Source of the DNA: Candidatus Woesearchaeota archaeon
GTDB taxonomy: Archaea; Nanobdellota; Nanobdellia; Woesearchaeales; JACPBO01
DNA length: 52,146 bases
Direction of reading: 5' to 3'
Assembly (NCBI GenBank): GCA_016180285.1
Contig: JACPBO010000009.1
Span: forward strand, 1-52,146
The notes beneath the pieces were generated by a model. The model had not been told where the DNA came from and made no database searches. It saw only the letters and a list, made by a program, of their open reading frames with translations. A program made the position numbers and the translations under genes. Below, in pieces: positions 45,757 to 52,146 of the stretch. Numbering within the stretch: position 1 is the first letter of the stretch; every line of letters begins with the position of its first letter.

Positions 45757-46663
45757 GTATTGCTCCTTTTTTGCGCTCTTTCCATTCCAGATACCATCTT
45801 AGAATTGCTGCGTTTGTTATCCACGTGTTTACAATATCAAATAAAAGCCCTATTGCAAGTATGAGCATTATCTGCCTTATTGTTTCTGAATTCGTGAATA
45901 TGAAGCCAACAACAACTGCAACAAAAGAAGTCAGGGACATTGTCATGCCGGTTCTCATTGCATCCAAAGTCCTGCTTAAAATGCTTCCTTCTTTACTTTT
46001 AAGAACCCTTGTTGTCAGCAGAATGTCAGTGTCAACGCTGTAGCCTATTAACATAAGGAATGCTGCAATGCCTGCTGTTGAAACTTTAATGCCAAGCAGA
46101 TTTATAACGGCCAGGGGCATAACGATATCTGAAAAAGCAGCCAGTATCACGAATGATGACGGGACAAGGTTTCTGAAATAAAAAAATACAACTATGCCCA
46201 TCAAAACAAAGGCGAAGACCATCGTCATTATTGTTTCCCTGAAAAAGCTCTGGCCAAGGGAAGAGCCCATTTCTTCAGCAGTATACTGGTCTTTTGACAG
46301 CTGGCCTATTTTGTTCTGCAAGGATGAGAGCAGCTCATTTTCATCAACGCCAGATGCTTCTATTATTATTCCAGTCTGCTTTCCGCCGCTTCCAAGGACT
46401 CTTACGTTGATTTCTGCTTTGCTGAATGATGACCTTAAATAATTTTCAATCTCTGCTATGCTTACCCGCTTTTCTGAAAATATCGTCAATGACAAGCCGC
46501 CTTTTAATGAGATGCCTTTGTTGATGAAGTCGCCTGTTGCCGCTGCCTGATAAACCAGCTGAATGATTGCAGCCAACAGCACAGCGAGCATTATAAATAG
46601 CAGAACTTTGTAATTTTTATCGTAAAAGTTTCTTATGTTGTTTTTAATATTATCCTTTAACAA
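45737..46663 (-). CDS. secF: Protein translocase subunit SecF
   Basis: GISLKGG, IAAFLMLIGYSVDTDILLTTR, DIVNTW. TTG start. Confidence 0.93.
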   Translation of the reverse strand: MLKDNIKNNIRNFYDKNYKVLLFIMLAVLLAAIIQLVYQAAATGDFINKGISLKGGLSLTIFSEKRVSIAEIENYLRSSFSKAEINVRVLGSGGKQTGIIIEASGVDENELLSSLQNKIGQLSKDQYTAEEMGSSLGQSFFRETIMTMVFAFVLMGIVVFFYFRNLVPSSFVILAAFSDIVMPLAVINLLGIKVSTAGIAAFLMLIGYSVDTDILLTTRVLKSKEGSILSRTLDAMRTGMTMSLTSFVAVVVGFIFTNSETIRQIMLILAIGLLFDIVNTWITNAAILRWYLEWKERKKGAIHESRQA

Positions 46664-46743
46664 TCAACACACCCAAGAGCAAAGAAAAGGCAGTTGTTTT
46701 TTAAACTTTCGGTTTTGGAAAAAATGAATTTGAAATATTATTG

Positions 46744-46860
46744 GAAAAAATCCAGCCAGCCATGACGGCAGACGGTCAAAACTCGCTATGCTCGTTTTGC
46801 CCTACGCGACATCCCGTAGGGACAACCCCTGTCGCGTCTGCGTCATGGCTGGATTTTTTC
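46744..46860. repeat. GC-rich 117-bp element with long terminal inverted repeat and internal hairpins (MITE/REP-like or ncRNA)
   Basis: GAAAAAATCCAGCC[AGCC]ATGACG[G]CAGACG pairs with CGTCTGCGTCATGGCTGGATTTTTTC. Internal stems CAAAAC/GTTTTG, ACGCGACA/TGTCGCGT and TCCC/GGGA. Confidence 0.75.
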
Positions 46861-46920
46861 TTGCACACATGAACTTTTGTTTCATAAAGCATATAAAGGG
46901 TCGAAAAAGGCTTAAAAACC

Positions 46921-46934
46921 GAAATATTTAAATA
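46921..46934 (+). promoter_or_regulatory. BRE/TATA promoter of the surface protein gene
   Basis: GAAATATTTAAATA, identical to the box at 41056. Confidence 0.6.
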
Positions 46935-47012
46935 TGAACGCTTTCTCTAACCATGAAATAAATCATTTTTAAGAGGTTAAGTGGGTTGATAGCTGTTAAA
47001 AAAGGTGATAAA

Positions 47013-50000
47013 ATGGGCGAAAAGCTAGTTTCTGAAATAGTCGGTAGGTCTGCAGTTAAGTTCTCAATGTTTATTCTCGTTGCCGTCTTATTAAGCTTAC
47101 TTAGCGTGAGCTATGCAAGCGCAAATATTGTTATAAATACCAGCTCATTTTTACCTGGAAATGGCAGCCTTCTGAACTATCAATCAAATATAAATGTGAC
47201 ATTCAGCGTTACAGGAAACGATACAAAATTTAATTGTTCAGTTTTGCTGCAAGGCGCAAATACATCATCATGGACTGCCTGGGGCGTGGTTGGAAGCAAT
47301 ACAACTGGAGACAACAGGACAGTTGCTGCAAATCAAACTCTTACAACTATTAAATTCAATGTAGGCGCAGATGGAGCTTATAACTGGACATTAAACTGCA
47401 CACACTATTTAACAAATGACCCGTTAGAAACAAATGTTTCTGGAGTCAATATGACATTCACAATTGATACAACTCCGCCGACACTTACTGTAAACTGGAC
47501 TGGAGGGGCTGTTGATTTGCCATGGAATGGAACTGCTATCACTAATATAATCAATTCATCAAATGCAAACATGATGTTCAACTATACAATTGTTGATAAT
47601 TCATCAATCCTTAATGGAACAATTGTGGTTGACCAGGCAGCGGGCTTTTTACTGACAAAGAACTTCTCAATAAATAATTTAAACACAATGCTGCAAGTCA
47701 ATGGCTCTATATCTAATGGGACATCCATAACAACACCTCCTTTAGACCAAAACCTTACTGGAGGAGGCCCGGGAGGAGCTCCACCAGTTTTAACACCCGG
47801 ACCAAGCGGCGCTCTATTAGGAGCAGAATTCCAAATGTATAATGGCGCCCACAATATCACTTTCGTTTTGACTGATGCTGCAAATAATACGGCATCAAAG
47901 AGCTACGCGGTATTATTGACTGCAGCAAATGTAACGCAGATGGAAGCATCGCTGCCATATTTGCTGACAGGAGGAGCTGCAGCGGTTGGCATTATAGAGC
48001 TTAAAGTATATATAATTGCCGCGGATGGCGGGTTTGCAAGAGCAAATGGGACAATGAATCCAGCTTCTAATAAATATGTGTGGTCATTTAACAAGTCCGC
48101 AGGAGCTTATGCCAGCGCTGTTGAGTTTATGATATGGAACTTCACACTTTCAAATGCAAACATGAGCAATATGAAAAATATGTCATCAAACCATTCTCAG
48201 CCTAATGTTCCTCCACCAGGAGGCTCAATGAGCAACAACAGTTACGCAATGCTTAGCATGCTCGGCTTCCTTGAAGACAGCATGTATGAACACGCTGTAA
48301 TAAACATGAGCATGGCGCAAAGATATTATTATATTAATTTCTCAACAAAAAGCCCGAATATGGCTGCACCAATATATACTGTAGTGGCTCCTTGCAACAG
48401 AAGCGTCAGCCCAAAGAACGCGTCGCAGTCTATCCCGACGGACAAGGGATGCTGGATAAATGATACTGAAGGAAGAGCACTACTTTTCCTGGATCACTTT
48501 TCAGGCGCAGGCGGAGTAAATGATACAACACCTCCAAACATAACAATGAATGCTCCGACAACAAATGGAACATGGACAAATGACAACACAACAACAATCA
48601 ACTTTACAATATCTGATCTCGGAGAATCAGGAGACTTTGGTATAAATGATTCTTCTATCAATGTAACGATAACAATAACCATAGCAGGAACCACATATAA
48701 TTATACCTACAGCAATGCATCTGGAGCAATAAGATGCCAGTCTGCCAATGCAACAGTAGATAACAATATGTCCAGGACATGCTGGTTCACAACAAATGCA
48801 TCAGTGGATGGAAACTATTCAGTTGCAAATATAACTGCAAGAGACTGGATGGGCAATCTGCAGAATTACACATTCTTCTATTATGTGGATACATTGGCGC
48901 CAACAGTAATGCTGGAAACTGCAGGTGAATATGCTTTTGGCAATTATACTGCTGCAGGAACCCTTTCATTCAACTTCACAGCGAATGACACACTTGACAG
49001 CGTAATAAACTGCACGCTATTTATGAATGCAACCTCCACAAATCCGACAGTAAACAGCTCAAGGACAAGCGTAAATGGAACACAAGCGAACTTTAATGTT
49101 ACAATGGTAAATGATGGGCTTTACAGATGGTATCTAAACTGCACCGACAATGCAAGCAATATAGTAACAACAACTGTGGCTAATTTCACAATTGACTCAA
49201 AAGTGCCTGTAATAACAATCACCTCGCCGATGAATAACTCATTTACAAACTCTACATCAGTAACAATAACATGGAGTTTTGTTGATCAAGGAAATCACGC
49301 TGATAAAGTGAGATGGTATTCCGTATCTCAAGGCGCTGGTGCAGTGTCAAACAACTCAAATGCAACTTTCGGTTTCCCAACATCATACTCTGTTGCATTC
49401 ACATTGCTAATAGAGGGGCTAAATAACATAACAATAACAGCAAATGATACATTTGGCAACCAGGGCTACAATTACACAAATATCACGCTAGACCAGACTG
49501 CGCCAGTTTTGACATTCAACCACACACCGCCATCAATCACACCTGGGCAGAACATTAACTTGAACATATCATGGACAGAATTAAACCCAGACAATATAAC
49601 CATCTTGGTCAATGGAGTAATATTTAACTTCACTTATTTGTACACCAACACAACTAACTTGAGATTGGCTATAACATCGCTTAATTTTTCCATACCAACA
49701 AACGGAACATGGAATGGAACAAATAATGTATGGGCAAGGCTGTGCGATGCAGTTGGCTCTTGCGTGAATACAGGAAACTTCACTGTAGATGTCAATGATT
49801 CAATAGTGCCGACAGTAACATACGGCTATCCTACAAAAACATTCGGCAATTTCACAAATGACAACACAACAGCATTGAACTTCAGCATTTATGATGCAGG
49901 CGGGCTTAATTTGTCTTTAATAAATGTAACAATAAACGGAGTTGCATATAATTATACAACAAATACCAGCCTTATTGGGGCAGGAGGAGTGTTCTGCTCA

Positions 50001-51506
50001 GGCTCAACTGGAACAACACTAACAATGTGCAACTTAACAACATATGAGCTTGTAACAGCAACAAATTACTCGGTAAATGTAACAGCACGGGACTTGGCAG
50101 GGAACCAAAACAACTCACAAGGAGCATGGATTTTCATTGACACGCTGAATCCAACAAATTCCACATTCCTGCTGAACACTACACTATATGGGCATGTGCT
50201 AATAAATTGGACGAATTGCTCAGATGGAAAGTTCAACTCAACTAGAATTGACATATTGAGAGGCACGGCAGATACAAATTCATCATTCTCCACGCTGGCA
50301 TCAGCTGTCGGAGTGGGCGCATCGTATTACAATGATTCAAGCGCAGTAAACGGAACTAAGTATTATTACAAGGTAAGATGCTATGATGAAGCAGGCAATT
50401 ACAATGATAGCGCAGTCCAGAATGCAACAGTCAATGACACTCTAAAGCCCGCGCAGGTTACAAATTTAAATGCAAGCGGCTCAGGAGCAACAGCAACTCT
50501 GACATGGAGCGTTGTAACAGTTGATGTAAACGGCACGAATGACACTGCGGGATTAAAATACAAGATTTACAGAGGAACAACTGCAACATGCCTGAATGCG
50601 ACCAATACAACATGCTGGTTAAATGTTGCTAATGTGACAACTGCAACAACAAACTCGACAACAGACAGCGTGACAAGCTCAGCAACATACTTCTATGTTG
50701 TAACGGCGATTGATGATAATGGAAATGAAAATGAAACTATTATTACTGGAAACAATGTAACTATTACATTGAATTACACAGCAGCAGCCACTACAACCTC
50801 GAGTGGCGGAGATGGCGGAGGTCAGACAACAACTCCGACAAGCTCATCTGCAGTAGCGCAGTCATTCATATTTTCAATAGGCAGCGGAGCAACAAAGACG
50901 TTATCAATAACATCAGATGCCCTGGCATTCACAAATGTGCAGATTTCGGTGACAGCAAATGCTGATAATGTTAATATCAAAGTTGAGAAGGTAACAGCAA
51001 CACCGTCAGCAGTAGGCGCTCCAGCAGGAACTGTGTACCAAAACTTGCAGATTACAAAGACAAATCTGGCAGATACTGCAATAGGAACAGTAAAGATGCA
51101 GTTCAGAGTGGAAAAAACATGGCTGACCGAGAAAGGCGTAAAAGACTCTGATGTTGCATTGGCAAGATATGCAGACAATAAATGGAATGACTTGACAACA
51201 AAGAAGAAAACAGAGAGCGATAAATATGTTTATTATGAAGCAGACTCGCCCGGATTCAGCTACTTCACTGTTGTAGCAAAGACAGCCGCAGCAGCGCCAG
51301 TAACACCTGCGCCAACAACAACGCCAGTAACGCCTACACCTACTCCAACACCGACACCAGAAGTGACGCCCACACCTACACCGGCAGCGCCAGAGGCAGC
51401 AGCAGAAGCAGCGCCAAGCAATGCATGGATTGTGTGGACGATAGTGATCGTAATAGTGATTGCAATCATAATCGGCGCTGTGATGATGGGCAAGAAGAAG
51501 AAATAG
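47013..51506 (+). CDS. Large cell-surface glycoprotein with Ig/FN3-like repeats and a PGF-pre-PGF domain
   Basis: AGGTGA Shine-Dalgarno, signal peptide, DTTPP/DTLAP/DQTAP repeat junctions, dense NxS/T sequons, SPGFSYFTV, PT-rich linker, TM helix and KKKK tail. Confidence 0.88.
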   Translation: MGEKLVSEIVGRSAVKFSMFILVAVLLSLLSVSYASANIVINTSSFLPGNGSLLNYQSNINVTFSVTGNDTKFNCSVLLQGANTSSWTAWGVVGSNTTGDNRTVAANQTLTTIKFNVGADGAYNWTLNCTHYLTNDPLETNVSGVNMTFTIDTTPPTLTVNWTGGAVDLPWNGTAITNIINSSNANMMFNYTIVDNSSILNGTIVVDQAAGFLLTKNFSINNLNTMLQVNGSISNGTSITTPPLDQNLTGGGPGGAPPVLTPGPSGALLGAEFQMYNGAHNITFVLTDAANNTASKSYAVLLTAANVTQMEASLPYLLTGGAAAVGIIELKVYIIAADGGFARANGTMNPASNKYVWSFNKSAGAYASAVEFMIWNFTLSNANMSNMKNMSSNHSQPNVPPPGGSMSNNSYAMLSMLGFLEDSMYEHAVINMSMAQRYYYINFSTKSPNMAAPIYTVVAPCNRSVSPKNASQSIPTDKGCWINDTEGRALLFLDHFSGAGGVNDTTPPNITMNAPTTNGTWTNDNTTTINFTISDLGESGDFGINDSSINVTITITIAGTTYNYTYSNASGAIRCQSANATVDNNMSRTCWFTTNASVDGNYSVANITARDWMGNLQNYTFFYYVDTLAPTVMLETAGEYAFGNYTAAGTLSFNFTANDTLDSVINCTLFMNATSTNPTVNSSRTSVNGTQANFNVTMVNDGLYRWYLNCTDNASNIVTTTVANFTIDSKVPVITITSPMNNSFTNSTSVTITWSFVDQGNHADKVRWYSVSQGAGAVSNNSNATFGFPTSYSVAFTLLIEGLNNITITANDTFGNQGYNYTNITLDQTAPVLTFNHTPPSITPGQNINLNISWTELNPDNITILVNGVIFNFTYLYTNTTNLRLAITSLNFSIPTNGTWNGTNNVWARLCDAVGSCVNTGNFTVDVNDSIVPTVTYGYPTKTFGNFTNDNTTALNFSIYDAGGLNLSLINVTINGVAYNYTTNTSLIGAGGVFCSGSTGTTLTMCNLTTYELVTATNYSVNVTARDLAGNQNNSQGAWIFIDTLNPTNSTFLLNTTLYGHVLINWTNCSDGKFNSTRIDILRGTADTNSSFSTLASAVGVGASYYNDSSAVNGTKYYYKVRCYDEAGNYNDSAVQNATVNDTLKPAQVTNLNASGSGATATLTWSVVTVDVNGTNDTAGLKYKIYRGTTATCLNATNTTCWLNVANVTTATTNSTTDSVTSSATYFYVVTAIDDNGNENETIITGNNVTITLNYTAAATTTSSGGDGGGQTTTPTSSSAVAQSFIFSIGSGATKTLSITSDALAFTNVQISVTANADNVNIKVEKVTATPSAVGAPAGTVYQNLQITKTNLADTAIGTVKMQFRVEKTWLTEKGVKDSDVALARYADNKWNDLTTKKKTESDKYVYYEADSPGFSYFTVVAKTAAAAPVTPAPTTTPVTPTPTPTPTPEVTPTPTPAAPEAAAEAAPSNAWIVWTIVIVIVIAIIIGAVMMGKKKK

Positions 51507-51554
51507 ATTTTTATTTCTTTTTTATAATTTTTTTTATTTATTCTGTTTAAGAAG

Positions 51555-52103
51555 TTATATTTCAATAAATTCTTTCTTTTTAATCTTCCTGTTCCAGAGC
51601 TTTAAAAAATCTTCAAATTCGCCTGCACTGTTAATAGGGACCAATACGCCGCCCTTTCCTGTCTTCTCGGAATTTGTGCGTTCCACCAAAGACTTTAATC
51701 CTTTGTTAAACATCACCTTTTTTGTTTGGGGGAGATCGCTCAATTCAAATGTATAAAGCGCTTTTCTTGAAATATGCAGTTTTTCATGGATAAACCTGCC
51801 TTGCCTTACACTATAGCCCTCAAACAGAATGTGATACGGGAGTTTGCTCTGAAGAAAATCTCCATAAGAGATTATCTGCAAATGCGCATTTTTAATGCTC
51901 TTATCAATCTCTGATTTGATTTGGCCTATGATAAGGGGCTTCTTTTCACTTACAACTGCGGCTATATCTATATCTGCGGGCTTTATTTTATCTTTCACAA
52001 AAGAACCGAAAATAATGAAGTCGTGAATAAAGCTATATTTTCTTAATAAGCTCTTCAACTTCTTTTCCGGGTTTTTTAAGCAAGACAATTGTTTTGATAG
52101 CAT
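51555..52103 (-). CDS. Minimal nucleotidyltransferase (Pol-beta/MNT) domain protein
   Basis: IIFGSFVK...DIDIA (GS...DxD) plus a C-terminal extension. Confidence 0.85.
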   Translation of the reverse strand: MLSKQLSCLKNPEKKLKSLLRKYSFIHDFIIFGSFVKDKIKPADIDIAAVVSEKKPLIIGQIKSEIDKSIKNAHLQIISYGDFLQSKLPYHILFEGYSVRQGRFIHEKLHISRKALYTFELSDLPQTKKVMFNKGLKSLVERTNSEKTGKGGVLVPINSAGEFEDFLKLWNRKIKKKEFIEI

Positions 52104-52146
52104 TTTTAATCTCCTTGGTGTCTTGTATTGTAAAATCAGTCTTATA

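Noticed and set aside
51290..51420. Short tandem repeats near the end of the surface protein gene
   Set aside because: They encode the ordinary Pro/Thr/Ala linker before the membrane anchor.
1..52146. CRISPR arrays, rRNA genes, transposases, integrases or prophage genes
   Set aside because: None recognised by eye in this window.

Overview
Archaeal chromosomal DNA, most likely from a DPANN (Woesearchaeota-like) organism. Support: BRE/TATA promoters about 25 bp upstream of leaderless starts, fibrillarin and Nop5, RFC-L, PINA ATPase, translin, alpha2-type GlyRS, a PGF-pre-PGF surface protein, and BHB-type tRNA introns. The housekeeping backbone (tgt, glyS, rfcL, valS, cysS, flpA, nop5, cutA, pyrH, secDF, PINA) is interleaved with small accessory modules. 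Main highlights: (1) a 7-kb cluster between two double-intron tRNAs (iMet and Ser-GCU) encoding one stand-alone PEP-synthase-type ATP-grasp protein, four paralogs with a variable N-domain plus a phospho-His swivel domain, and a HAD protein, i.e. a candidate split, modular dikinase-type phosphotransferase system; (2) a leaderless 17-aa uORF ending Cys-Cys-Cys in front of cysteine synthase, a candidate archaeal cysteine-sensing attenuator; (3) single-gene cassettes bounded by short inverted repeats next to the stop codon; (4) a toxin-antitoxin mini-island flanked by a duplicated 3' end of tgt; (5) an unannotated 54-aa peptide built from a 10-aa repeat; (6) two structured intergenic elements. All family calls come from reading motifs by eye; no database searches were run.
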